NCBI GenBank assembly: GCA_002633005.1
Contig: NMRA01000192.1
Location: forward strand, 146,512-210,511
Length of the DNA: 64,000 nucleotides
Source: Phoronis australis
Lineage: Eukaryota; Animalia; Phoronida
Direction of reading: 5' to 3'
Part shown: positions 1-13,510 of the stretch, in pieces
How the letters are laid out: each line of letters starts with the position of its first letter
Numbering within the stretch: the stretch's first letter is position 1
Position numbers and translations under genes: made by a program
The notes under the pieces: model-generated
Databases searched by the model: none
Told to the model about the DNA's origin: nothing
The model's input: only the letters and a program-made list of their open reading frames with translations

Positions 1-1314
1 AAATGGATCCCGTTTCGACGTGCAATTGACATTTTCTGTTAAAATACAGCAAAATATAAAACTATACGTTTGTAATTGGTTGATGTTGACAGCTTCAAAC
101 GCTTCAGAGTTAACTATAAGGTATGGATCGTCCCTCAAGTCAATTGATAGAGAACGTTGTAACTCTTTAAAAGCTTCGGAGGAAATCTTGTTTAGGTTGT
201 TCGAGCTAAGCTTAAGAGTTACGAGTCTGAACTCGGTGAATAATGAAGCTGTCAATTTCTTCAAGTAATTACCGCGAAGATTAAGATGGACTAAATTAAT
301 CAAATCCATAAACAATAAAACCGGAATGTAAATCAAGCCATTAAACGACAAGTGTAATCGGTAAAACATGAAATGGTAAGTAAATGTGTTGTTTCCTAAA
401 TGAATAGATTTTTTGTGAAAAAATATTGCCCTCATAGAGGTTGAAATTTTAGGTAGAGCCGTCATATTACCGTTGTCACAATCTAAAACGTAACCAAGAC
501 AACGACGGCCGCCTGGACATGTAACATCAAGGTCGCATAGTTTCTTGTCTTCTCCACGGAACAGTCAGAGATACCATTACACACTTTCTCTTGATCTATA
601 CATATCTGTTCTCCGATGCATTTGAACGCACCAGGAAACGTGTAGCCTAATTGTGACAGTCAAGTTCATCGTACCCACCGACACAATCTTAGACCCTGTC
701 GCAAACGCTGTGGCGAGGGATACAGTAACTTTCGGGACATTTAAACAAACTTGGGCATTGAAAATCCTCACAGTTTACGAAATGGCTGTTATCCCGGCAA
801 CCGTGACTGGGAGCAACATTGTCGTACACGCATGCGTATGCTCGATTAAAGCACGCAGGGTGATTGCCGGTCTCTACACCTCGATTTGTCTGGTGAGTTG
901 CAATACGGAAATATGACGTTCCCAATGACGCCGTCTTAATCACGAGTATATATGCCTTTCTGGTAATGTCTTTTTTCGACCTCCTCAACTTCTTGAAAAC
1001 CACGTGTGCAGTCTACACGTAAGTCACGTACCTCACTGGAAGAGACACATGCACCGTTGAAACACAGAAAGCCACGTACCACAAGCCGCGCAGTTCTAGC
1101 TCCATTGACATACAGCTTCTCTTTCATCTGACCCGTCTGTACAGTGTTTCATAAAATCACATATCATGTTTTTTGGCACACATTGACTTGAAGAACACTG
1201 GAATTCGTCTGATAAACAAGGCGGAAATCTATAATCTTGCTCGTCTGACCTGTCCCCACAATCGTCTCCAAGTCAGAAAGAAGCGAAAGACTTACACATT
1301 TCCCAGTTTTACAT
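1..1314 (-). pseudogene. Exon-2 remnant of the paralogue (LDLa, LRR, start of hinge); runs off the window edge
   Basis: Collinear with 20303-19000 (e.g. CPSLFKCPESYCIPRHSVCDRV*), with frameshifts and premature stops. The acceptor TTTTTCAG ending at 1315 is conserved. Confidence 0.88.
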
Positions 1315-1956
1315 CTGAAAAAAGTACACAGACAACTGCTTTAGCATAAGAATACAAGTAACGAGACAAAATTAACCCAATATCCCGTATTATTCCAAAA
1401 CGTGTCAAGAAATTTTTTTGTAGGGGTATAGTGATGAAAACAAAACAGCTTTGGATTTGCGCCACTTCACGGTCAAATTATCATGAATGTTTTCCACAAG
1501 GAAAAGATAGTTATATGTATGTACATTATTAAAAGTTTATGCGTACTTTACAAATCTAGGATTCTAAACTATACCAAAGATTAAATATTTAATCTATGGC
1601 TATATACTCGAATACTTTCCCAGTTTTATAAAGCCGTCTGGCTAGCTACTTTCAATGTGTAATGCTGACTGCCTGAATTGCGCGTGATTGTGATGATAAT
1701 GGAGATAGCGGTGGTAATGATATTTGTGATGCCGAGCAGTGTATGAGTAGACAAGATGAATGTACAAACTATCTTTAAAGTTTGTAACTGAAATTTATTT
1801 CGATGAATCAATCTTGTATGTAAACATGAAATATAAAAGGGTTCTTAGCTCAATTTTACTGTTTGAAAAAAGGTAATCGTTGACCTATAACATCGCTTAA
1901 GATTGTAATTCCTGGCGCAGACACGTTGTCTGACACCTGGCACGGGAGTTGGAAAT

Positions 1957-3133
1957 TGACCTATCGCCAGGCTTATGACTGACGGCTTAAGCAACCAATC
2001 AGAACGCAGCATTCTCGACAAACTTTCGTCTGCGTTTACAAGCCGCCATTTTACCCGACAAATAATGTCGTTGTCGGCAAAGCTTATTTTAGTCTATAAA
2101 TAAAAAATTGTGTGATACAAATGATGAAACGGTGTTCATAAGGCGTGTGTAGTTCGGACTGCCGTTATACAATTAGAGAATAATATCATGTCATTTTTGG
2201 GCATTCCCTTAGCCGAAAAACTGTCGACTGTGTAAACGATAGGTCAAACTGTGAACGGCCACACGACACACGAGCAGCTAAACTTAACAATGTTGCTGGA
2301 TTACTCGAATGTTAAACACAAATGTATTTGTTCCAAGATACGTTCTTTTCAGTTTGGTGGCTATACTGTAGACCTATCTGATTTTGACTCCGGAGTTTTA
2401 CTCGTGTGGAGGCCTATGTCTCGGCATCCCAGCTAGACCCCAGCACAAGTCTAGCAGCAGTCCCCGGAAAGTTGTTTTTAGGGACATTTTTATTATTTTT
2501 CATTTATTTCGACCTATAATGGACATCCTCCTGTTTCAGTTTTTGTTATTCATATACCCGTAGGCTGGAGCTCAACTGAACTTCTCATCAAAATTGATAG
2601 ACTCGATCGGCACATGCTGGGAGGGCACTAAGTTACAGAACTCAAAGCTTCATTCGAGCTGTTGTCACGAAAAAATAAACAGTTGAATTACTTTTTGATG
2701 AGAACTTATANNNNNNNNNNNNNNNNNNNNNNNNNNNNNNNNNNNNNNNNNNNNNNNNNNNNNNNNNNNNNNNNNNNNNNNNNNNNNNNNNNNNNNNNNN
2801 NNNNNNNNNNNNNNNNNNNNNNNNNNNNNNNNNNNNNNNNNNNNNNNNNNNNNNNNNNNNNNNTCTTTGGATTATCGCTGGCTCCGAAATACTTTTGCTC
2901 GAACACTTTTTTCATCGTCGCAGCTTTACAAATTGACAAGTCACGAATATACGATTCTAAGCTGAAAAGTGCCGCCTGATGTCTTTGTCAAAGCGTTTTC
3001 GGAAAGTGCAAAAAAACGCCAATCAATTCCACCAGGAACGTCGTTTAGCGACTGTGTATCTGCCTCTGACATCTTGCTTGTTTGTCGGGTGTCACGTGAC
3101 TTTTCGCTAAGAGGCGGAGCTTGCGATAGGTCA
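1957..3133. mobile_element. Internally deleted ISL2EU/Harbinger-like DNA transposon in the paralogue intron
   Basis: TIR TGACCTATCGC...GCGATAGGTCA flanked by AT on both sides. Decayed THAP domain on + at 2121-2337 (MKRCS*GVCSSDCRY...CKR*VKL...RPH.EQLN...CICSK). Convergent decayed ORF on - at 3072-2864 (ESYIRD...VRAKVFRSQR) resembles the N-terminus of the SWIM/YqaJ partner protein. Contains the gap 2711-2863. Confidence 0.65.
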
Positions 3134-3184
3134 ATTATAGCTTAAAAAGCATGGGAGAAACTACTTTGCACATTAAATGACCTT

Positions 3185-4750
3185 TGTACTGCAAGTCCCT
3201 TATTCGCACATCCACTGCGACAGTTTACAGTTTTTAAGAGTTTCCGAAGAAATAGATGTTTTGCAACAAAGAACGTTTAGAGGAAGTGGTCTTGGGTTAT
3301 TACAATCAACTTCAAGAAATTTCCAATCAAATACAGGTTCTTCGAACCAATTTCGATCGGTCTTTGGAGCCATCAGTAGTCTACAGGTTGATTTCACTCC
3401 CGACGGTGCAATCCATGTTGCTCCAATTTCTGGATTGAATCTTATAATCAACATAGTGTTTTGCGACACTAAAATGTCAGGGCTTGACAAGTTTCCGTCA
3501 TGGCTTACGCAAGTATTTCTTGTTGCGGCAAACGAAATGGAATTCCATACATCATCCATGCTAGTTAAACGATAACACCTTCCATCTCAGTATATCCACC
3601 CAAACGCACAATGCATGGAGATTATATTCAGTTCTTTTGAACAATTCGCCTGCTCTTTATATTCACAAACAGAAAATGATTACCGTCCATCCAACGAAAC
3701 GTTTCTTTGGGGAATTCGTTTAGACCTAAATATGTCGCTTAAGATGGTATGTCATTAACAAGATAATTGTACACAACGCGCTACCATTTTGTTTTAAACA
3801 TATCCCAGATAAATTTGTGTTCGGCTTTTGTGTTCAGCGTCAGTATATGTCCTCCACGTGATTCACACTTTCTCTGAGCATCGAACCAGCTGGCAGACGA
3901 TTGAGGTGCTATCGTGTAATATTTCCCGCCAAAATGACCGTCTGCTAAGTATCCCTTTGAACACCAAGGAGAGTTAACCATGGTGAAGGTCGTTCCGTTA
4001 TTTCGAACTGCTCTGTATTTAATTATGAGGGGAGGTAACACGGCAAGATCGGTTTATATAGGTGAATCGACACTTAGAGTTCGTATTGGAAATGGATAAG
4101 CTGGAGTGGTGCTTTTGGTGCAGAATCCTTTGTAACTATCGTATGTCGGCAAAAGAATGATTTTCATAAAAGACCTTTCACAGTTACAAGAATGCATGTC
4201 GTCTATGTTCTTCTTTTTCACTTGGTTACAGCCACACACGTAGATATGGTCCACTATCTCAACATGTGTTAACACACAATGTCTGCAGAAGTAGATACTC
4301 AATTCGATGGAAACTCTGAAATGTGGTTACTCGGAACGTGCAATACCTGAATGTATCCCCTCATGGTGACTCGTTGTAGGCCTATTTTTTGAAAATCAGA
4401 CATAATGTTGGCTGCGATGAAAAACCTAACTGCTACATCTGGCGATTTCCGATGTAATACCGACGTAAAGTGTGCATATGTAAGAGCCTTTTGGCCGAGT
4501 TCGGACACCACGTTTCGGAACCTGGCCGTCCCTTATGAGCTGGATATTTACCAAACTACAGTTCTTCCCCATGTATCAAAGCTATTTCTGAGTACTTTCT
4601 AGTGCCAGCCTGCAACAGCCATTCTAGATCTGACCCATGTGTCAAGTTAGCACAGTCAATGTATCCTACCGCAAACTCCACTCGTTCCACAACAGTGCTT
4701 CGACACCAAAAGACAAGAAAGTAAAGTGTCGTAACTCCGAGGAGCGCCAT
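3185..4750 (-). pseudogene. Exon-1 remnant of a tandem paralogue of the mosaic receptor (signal peptide, CUB-like and CTL fragments)
   Basis: Starts MALLGVTTLYFLVFWC and is collinear with 24358-20850, but has frameshifts and stops. There is a ~1.65-kb deletion near 4305 and a ~225-bp deletion near 3678. The exon end and donor are not recognisable. Confidence 0.88.
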
Positions 4751-7420
4751 ACTTGATGTGAACCAATCCAGAACACCAACGCTTAAGTACAGAGGACACG
4801 CCAGCAATTGGTGTAATTAAAGTCTGAACCACTTCTGTGTTTACCGTAAAACACACTTGACGCACTGAAAAATGCATAAAGCCACCTGGTCCATCCATCA
4901 TTGGCAGCGTGCGTGTTAGGTGCGTGACCACGTCAACAATACTTGAAACCGTGCCATGGTCAATGATTAATTATTTATTATCAACCTTTTAAGAGCATCA
5001 CTATTCGAATTTTACCACTGACCTTGTTCACGTTCCGCAATGCAATTCTCTTGTGAGACATTTCCAGCGTCAACACTTAGTTTCATCCCATAATTCATCA
5101 TTTCAGTCTAGTCGTCGAATCAGTGCAGTGGCCATTTTGCCAGTGCAAGGTTACGAGCCTATTCGCGAGAGAACACTTGTCTTGCGAAAGTACAAAAAAA
5201 CAGTACTGCAATAAAATACGAGAGCGCTCGGAGGAGCGACACTTGGCGAAATTAACCGAAAAGAAGACGATGGGGAGGACGACGACGATGATGACGATGA
5301 AGGCGGCAATTATGAACAACACGATAACATTCATGTGACTAGAGAAGAAATTACTAAGAAATAGACTGCAGTCTTGTTCAATAGAAGCTAAACCAACATC
5401 AATGCAGCAAGAGCGCTCAACAAAGGAACAGCGAAATAAGAAAATCTCGAATAATTCGTAGACGTCCTAGCGAAAACTGGAAAACATCATCTGAAAGCCC
5501 GTTCAAAACTCTATCTAAATTGATAGTAACGCACAATACCGTAATTTTTTCGAAAAAAGTGAAATTTTGCGTTTTTTTTAAATTCAAAGTCGAATAACTC
5601 GAAAACGGTAAGTCCGAGAAAAACGTTATCCTAGAACTTTTGAAAGAACATGCTTTAAGGAATCCACATGCAAAAATTCACGTCATTTGCGATACCCGTT
5701 AAAAATGCGAATGCAGAACGATCGAAAATGGGTGAAAATGCGCCAGAGCCGCCATCCTGAAAGTGACTTCCAGTTAAACAAACGTTTATAATAGCCAATT
5801 AAACGAAACAAACAGCTGACGAGTTTGAAAATGATTGGTTCACCAAAGCGCCCTCTACAGGAGAAAACTTTTCCGAGGTGCACATGCGCCATGGCCAATA
5901 TTTCCGTCATCTTTGACTGGAAGTTAACGATTTACCGCTTATTTGTAGTACATGTGTTCTGTAATAATCGTACCAAGTTTCAGCTCTGTACGTTGAAAAA
6001 TGCGGCCTCTATGAGCATTTGAATCTGAAACCGTAAACAAAATGACCGCCACCTCCACCATTTTGAATCCGATCATGACCAAAAACAATAGACTTTCAGG
6101 ACTTCCAGATCTACACGTCGTGTGCGAATTTCGTGCGAGTCAGACGAAAATTGCGACCTGTAGAGCGCGAAAAAAAAACTTGACGGCAGACCAACATACT
6201 TGTCGGAATTCAAAGAATTCCGCCAAGTAATTACAGATCTTTGGAATAGCAAAATCAATAACAGAAGCCCCTGTGACAATTTAGCTTGTTCAAAGAACTT
6301 TAATTTCTATCTTGTGTTTATGAAATTGATGCTTCATCTAATTTATCCTGTTTCGAGTAAATCTACTATTTGGCAAAACAAAGAGTTCAGTCCAAATGCA
6401 TAAAACATGCTAAAATTACCCATAGACCTGCGGTAAGTTCTTTTCAGAAAAAAGTTTCTGATAAACCACTCACTGCAAATTTGATGAAACGCCTCTGCAA
6501 TTTGGTGAACTACAAAGCCAAATTGCTTTTCAGTGAGATCTGAAAGGAACGTATGTCCACTATCGTTGTCCGAGACTGACCGTAAATGGATCATGACTCA
6601 GAGGTCTGATTACTTCCACCGAGATTGGCTGGTCATCATCTTCATTTTGTGAGAAAGCTACGAATGACATCCGATTTCTCAAGGTTGTCTCGAAAAATGT
6701 TTAGTCTCTGGTGAATGAGGATGTCTTTCCTCCTCTGTTCAGATTGGACGGCAACAAGTAAATGCCTGGAGCATTTACAATCATTTAAGAAACTAATCCG
6801 TGCAGTGGCGCTGCAACCACAGGTCCGCTAGTCGTGACTGACGCACGGAGATTAGTCTGGGGTCGGCAGACAATTTAATGGGTACAGTGAGGACGTGCCA
6901 CGGAGACGGATGCCGTGTTTCGATTTCCTACAATAAGTTTTGGTCGCTTTTGCTCCGTTTCGCAAAAAAAATTGGGTTGTCGGTTTAAATTGAGATCTTA
7001 TAAAAATGGAGAGGTTATTTTTTAATTGATACTAAGTTTCGGTCTGAATCCTGAGGTGGTCTGAATCCTGACGTGATTTTGGGCAGTCACTAGACAGGAG
7101 GATAGGGTAAGGCACACTTTTTCCTGATGAGCCATAAATATGGGTCATGTTTTAAGCTCTCTTTCAATAGGTATAGAAATGGAGCACAGTTTCAGCTCTT
7201 CGTATAAACCTAGGACTATAATGATATTGCTTCCAGGTATAAAACTGACATAGATAAAACTTTTCATTTTGGAAAGGTATGAATTTGAATATCGTCCCAA
7301 ATTTGAAAGCTCTGCTAAATCTCTCGGGTGATTGCTGATAATGGTCACGTGGATGACAGAATATCCCAGTAAGTGCCATGAAATGTCAAAAATGAATCAT
7401 TTCCCATTTAAAGTCCTTCT

Positions 7421-10400
7421 CCCAAACTGCCCATGTGTTTCCAGTATACGAAAATACTTACTACATAAAATCATATTTTCGACACCCTTTCTTTATATTC
7501 TTTTCGCCTTTCTTGCGAAAAGCGATTTTTGAACAGTATTTGACCCTTCTCTCTGAGCGTATGATTACCGGTTGTCATCGGTTATTTCCGTACCCACATT
7601 TCCGGCTCATCAGTTCAGGAACTTGTCCTGAAAGCCGCCATTTTTTCCTTGTAAATGAATGTGCTATCGCTTGCTCGAAAGTCTTCATTATTTTGTTTTG
7701 TTAGTAATATCTCGTGATTCGCTTGCATATGTAGTGTATTTATAGTTTGTAGTTAGTGGTCGTTGATGTTTTTTGGAATGTTACGCGTACTTAGTATGTT
7801 AAAATATCATTGGTGTTTAGTTCCTTACGTGGGCCGGTCGAACCTAGGAACCAATATGGGTCGAACCAATTTTTTTCGTTTTGATTTTTTTCTCGTTTTG
7901 AAAAAGTACTTTGCTATCATCGGAAAGGTAGTGGATTCTACTCAGCAAAAATCGAAAAAGTATCAAAATCGGGGCAAGAAGTGTAAAGTTATTGCAAGTT
8001 TTGTGGCGAAATTTGGGTCACTTTGTTTGGATCGCGTCGGCCATATTGGAGAACAGCGGTATAAGTTACGAGTTTAAAACATTGTGAAAATTGTTTTTGC
8101 CAACGAATTACGGTGAAATTTAGTTAGACATCTGTTTACTTACTATTCTGCACGATTCAACAGTGTTCACCAAATTTCAGCCTCGCAGTTGTTACTCATT
8201 AAGTGATAAATGTGCTCACAATTCCCGTCTCATTTCTGGCGCCACCGACAACATGGCGACATTTGCTGAACTGAAAGGCATGTTCAATCGGCTACTTTGT
8301 AATTTGTGAAGAATTAACGTTGATACATTTTGACAAACGTTGCTACAAAAAAGAAACTTTGTTCAATTTTCGTGTTTTTTGTGCAAAATATAAGATGTAT
8401 TCGAATTATTTTACTGTAAATTTCCCATTCAGGTGATCTTACACTAAGCTAAAAAATAGTTGAAATAATTTTGAAATGGTTTTTTGTTTGACTCTCAACT
8501 GCTGTTCAAGTCTTGATTCGGTGTCACAAAATGATTCATATTTTCTAAATTTTAAGTCTCAATTGCTTTCAAGTCATGTTTTGTAACTTATTGCTTCTTA
8601 ATTCAGGTTATCAATATGAATAATCTTAATTGGAGAAATAAGCTATGTTGGATTGTGAAGCTTCAAGCCTCTAATTCTTGTTCCTTGCAACTTCATATTT
8701 TTTAAATGATGCTTGTCAAATTCTGGTGTAAGGAAACACTATTCCGTCACCATGGTAATAGTTACATGTATGTCCACTTTCATATCATGGAAACTGTTGC
8801 TGTTGAATAGTGTTTGTAATGCTAAATGTTGTAAAGTATTGTGCATTTTAAGTTACTTATTATGTTAAAAGTTTGAATCATTTTGTGTTAATGAATAAAA
8901 AATGATAACATTTTGTAATGGACTTGTCATACTTATGTGCTGGAATGAGCCCCCTTTTTGGAGAACTGGAAAAAGGTCTGCCTCAGTCACAGAAGCACGA
9001 ATTCCGAAAAAAAGTAGAAAGTGAGACAATATTCCACTAGAAGACAGGAAGTACCAAAATTTAGAGTCTGCAATTCATAGCTCTGAACATACCCACTGAA
9101 TCTTACAGTAAAAGATAGACATTCCCAAAAATTCCAGCCCCCATTCTTTTAGGCTTGGTGCGCTCATACAAAGTCTGGGAAAATCTCTATTAAAAGCCAA
9201 CAACTTACTTTGCGCAGTTCGCCAGAAGTACCCAAGTTCTAAATAAACCTCGTTTGAGCGAGCGCTGTGGCCAGCGACCAATTAGGCCTAAGGGTAGCCT
9301 TGGCGCAAAGCTGTATCGGCCTACTAACAAGCTGTATTTTGACGATAGTCTTCACTGGTAGCTGGTGACTGAGGCTAACTAAGGTCTGCCCCGGCAGTGT
9401 GACACAGGACTAACCAGCCCGTAATTTCATGCAGGTGTCTGAAACTACCCTTGAATATATGCAGCATTTATGATTTGACCATTTTACGTCAACAAAACAG
9501 CTCGCAACCGCGTGCATTTACCGTTCGCCAGTGTCTGGTCTCGATACGCACCGGGTCCGATAGGCTGCGGTCCCGAGTCTGGCAAAATAATTTCTGTCAA
9601 AATTTATTCGCCACATTTCTTCAGCAAATTCGATAAAATTGTCCGTAGTTTGATTTTATTAAAATTAAGGCGCGCTTTCGATTATTTTATCCCCGTTTGC
9701 AAGCTGGTAACAGGCACTCGTCCATCCACACTGACTGCGTTTTCTTAGCGGCTAGTCTGGGTTCCTGAATGAATTGTACTTCCGGGTAGGCGGCAAGTTC
9801 AAAATGGCGGTGGTTCTTCGGGTGCGAATCGTGAGTGGCGCGTTCATTTTAACTTTTTTCGAGTACGGATCGTGTACTAGATATAGGGTAGGTACTTCTT
9901 GGATCCTTATAACATCCTCTAACCATGTAATAAGGGTTAACACCGCGTGAGAGAAGGACTTTAAGTCGTGAAAACAACCCGATTTAATAACACAGATCAT
10001 AAACATGATTTATTGCAATATTCTTGGATATTGCTTATTAGCATATGTACGTTCCCTTTTCTATCAAGAAACAACCCAAGTCATTTTCAATTCAGATGCC
10101 TCGGCGGAAACTCGTCGACAGGATAATCCTGTGTAGTTGTCTGATTCAGAGACAGTCCACTTAGCATGGCCGGTGTGGTTACGATCATCGCCAAGTCAGA
10201 AGCCGCTCGACCGAATATCTCGCTTATCGGGCGATAATTCTCCAAAAATCCACTCGGGCTCTAGATTACGGGAGATAACGACCTCGCCATGTAATAATCT
10301 TCATACCACATAATCAGCCTAACACCGCCATTATAACTGTTGACTAACCCATTTTGTTAATCAACGCGTGTCAATTAACATTTTGGTGGGAACCCGAGGA

Positions 10401-12602
10401 CGTATTCGAGCACGCTCCACTCAAGTTTCGTGTAACGACAGCGTAGCCTTAAAGACCTGGTCGCACTCGTTGTTACATGGTTAGAGGATGTTATAAGGAT
10501 CCAAGAAGTACCCATCCCATAACTAATACACAATCCGTACTCGAAAAAAGTTTAAATGAACGCGCCACCCACAATTCAAATCATAAATGCCGCATATATT
10601 CAAAGGTAGTTTCAGACACTTGCATGAAATTACGGACTGGTTAGTCCTGTATCACACTGCCGCGGCAGACCTTAGCTAGCCTCAGTGCCAGCTACCAGTG
10701 AAGACTAAATACAGCTTGTTAGTAGGCCTATACAGATTTGCGCCAAGGCTACCCTTAGACCTAACTGGTCGCTGGCCACAGTGCTCGCTCAAACGAGGTT
10801 TATTTAGAACTTGGGTACTTCTGGCGAACTGTGCAAAGTTGATGGCTTTCAATAGAGATTTGCTCAGACTTTGTATGAGCGCACCAAGCCTAAAAGAATG
10901 GGGGGCTGAAATTTTTGGGAATGTCTATCTTTTACTATAAGATTCACTGGGTATGTTCAGAGCTATGAATTGAGACGCTAAATTTTGGTACTTCCTGTCT
11001 TCTAGTGGAATATTGTCTCATTTTCAACTTTTTTCGGAATTCGTGCTTCTCTAACTGAGGCAGATCTTTTTCCATTTCTCCAAATAGGAGGCTTGTTCGA
11101 GCACATAAGAATGACAAGTCCAATACAAAATGTTATCATTTTTTATTCATTAACCCAAAATGATTCAAATTTTTAACATAATAAGTAACTTAAAATGCAC
11201 AATACTGTACAACATTTAGCATTACAAACACTATTCAACAGCAACAGTTTCCATGATATGAAAGTGGACATACATGTTACTATTACCATGGTGACGGAAT
11301 AGTGTTTCCTTACACCAGAATTTGACAAGCATGATTAAAAAAATATGAAGTTGCAAGGAACAAGAATTAGAGGCTTGAAGCTTCACAATCCAACATAGCT
11401 TATTTCTCCAATTAAGATTATTCATATTGTTGACTTGATAACCTGAATTAAGAAGCAATAAGTTACAAAACATGACTTGAAAGCAATTAAGACTTAAAAT
11501 TTAGAAAAATACGAATCATTTCGTGACACCGAATCAAGCCTTGAACAGCAGTTGACAGTCAAACAAAAAACCATTTCAAAATTATTTCAACTATTTTTTT
11601 TAGCTTAGGGTAAGATCACCTGAATGGGAAATTTACAGTAAAATAATTCGAATATATCTTATATTTTTGCACAAAAACAAGAAAATTGAACAAAGTTCCT
11701 TTTTTGTAGCAATGTTTGTCAAAATGTATCAACGTTAAATCTTCACAAATCACAAAGTAGCCGATTGAACATGCCTTTCAGTTCAGCAAAAGTCGCCATG
11801 TTGTTGGTGCCGCCAGAAATGAGACGAAGTCCAACGGGAATTGTGAGCACATTTATCACTTAATGAGTAACAACTGCGAGGTTGAAATTTGGTGAACACT
11901 GTTGAATCGTGCAGAAAAGTAAGTAAAGATATGTCTAAGTAAATTTCACCGTAATTTCTTGGCGAAAACAATTTACGCAATGTTTTAAACCCGTTATCCC
12001 GCTGTCCTCCAATATGGCCGACTCGATTCAAACAAAGTGACCCAAATTTCGCCACAAAACGTGCAATAACTTCACATTGCTTGCCCCGATTTTGATACTT
12101 TTTCGATTTTTACTGAGTAGAATCCACTACCTTTCCGACGATAGCAAAGTACTTTTTTAAAACGAGAAAAAAATCAAAACGAAAAAAAATTGGTTGGACC
12201 CATATTGGTTCTTAGGTTCGACCGGCCTACGTAAGGAACTAAACACCAATGCTATTTTAACATACTTAGTACGCGTAACATTCCAAAAAATTCAACGACC
12301 ACTAACTACAAACTATAAATACACTACATATGCAAACGAATCACGCGATATTACTAACTAAACAAAATAATGAAGACTTTTCGAGCAAGCGATAGCACAT
12401 TCAGTTACACGGAAAAAATGGCAGAAATGTGGGTACGGAATGACCGATGACAGCCGGTAATTATACGCTCACAGAGAAGGGTCAAATACTGTTAAAAATC
12501 GCTTTTGGCAAGACAGGCGAAAAGAATATAAAGAAAGGGTGTCGAAAATAAGATTTTATGTAGTAAGTATTTTCGGATACTGGAGCGACATAGGCATTTT
12601 GG
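7421..12602. mobile_element. ~5.2-kb foldback (long inverted repeat) element, non-coding
   Basis: 7421-9478 is the reverse complement of ~10576-12602, and 9828-9932 is the reverse complement of 10470-10577. The spacer is ~9933-10469. 9479-9827 is present only in the left arm. The arms differ by scattered substitutions. Confidence 0.85.
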
Positions 12603-12609
12603 TCTTTAA

Positions 12610-13307
12610 CCACTGAGCTATTCAGCAGCTGACGTCGTCTTACGTGAAAATTGAAATTCAATACTTAAATGAGGACGCGCATGTTCAACAAACCGTATTG
12701 TACCGACCTTTATTACGCTGTGAAAATTAAGACGTACAGTTTCAATAAAAACCACATCTTCAGTTCCGGGGGCGGATCCAGGATTTTGAGTTAGGGAGTT
12801 CCAGGGTATGGTAATAGCTAGGATTTTGCCTTCAGACATTCGCACCCCCGAACTGCCAAATGGAATCTGGGAGAATTTTAGGGGGGGGCATGGCCCCCCT
12901 CTATATCCGCCACTGAATTCAGTAAAATTTATCTGGCATTTTCTCTCACTTGTAAATCATCGATCTCTAGTTTAAATGTGGGTAACATGTCGTCAGGATC
13001 TTTGACTTGGATATCATACTCAGTAAGCAGTTACAACCTACTTTAGCAGACGATATTTCCACGATGGAAGCTTAGTATAAGATGTTTAGTAAGCTAGCCT
13101 ATTTACTTAAAACTTATTTTATAGATTGACTTTATTTCTATTTTGTTAAAATTTTCAATTTTTTGAGTAAAAACATTTGACTCGGCGTTTCGTAAAAGGT
13201 CACGACCTCCTACCTCGGGCCTCTGACATAGAAAGTAGTTCCAAAGCCGGGGCGAGTCTAGAAAGGCAGATTAATTCATTGCAATGCTTATTGTTCAGTA
13301 TGTGGTA
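12610..13307 (-). repeat. Interspersed repeat copy, inverted relative to 15198-15770
   Basis: Diverged reverse-complement match, e.g. aaaaggtcacgacctcc vs ggaggtcgtgacctttt and cctactttagcagacgatat vs atatcgtctgctaaagtagg. Confidence 0.75.
12767..12915. mobile_element. hAT-like MITE
   Basis: Imperfect TIRs CGGGGGCGGATCC...ATATCCGCCACTG. Absent from the partner repeat copy near 15605. Confidence 0.6.
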
Positions 13308-13329
13308 TAAATAGCATCCGCATGTGGAA

Positions 13330-13510
13330 CTGTGTAGACTGGATGGACGGTAAGGTTCTCAAGCGAGTGGACTCGAGTGAGTGGTCGTCTCTTACTAGTA
13401 ATGTACGGAAATCACGGAGTGATACATCTGTGCCCTTGGCGATAATTTCCTGAGATTATAAAGCTTCGAACTGCTGCCTTAAGGACAATGAGTACCCATT
13501 ACCGAACACG
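13330..13510 (+). mobile_element. Decayed Ty3/Gypsy RT N-terminal fragment
   Basis: Translates, with frameshifts, to VLKRVDSSEWSS...VRKS...IHLC...DYKASNCCLKDNEYPLPN. Confidence 0.5.

Noticed and set aside
3177-3575. Plus-strand ORFs overlapping the receptor copies (also 23541-23954, 19592-19888 and others)
   Set aside because: Antisense shadows of the minus-strand coding sequence.
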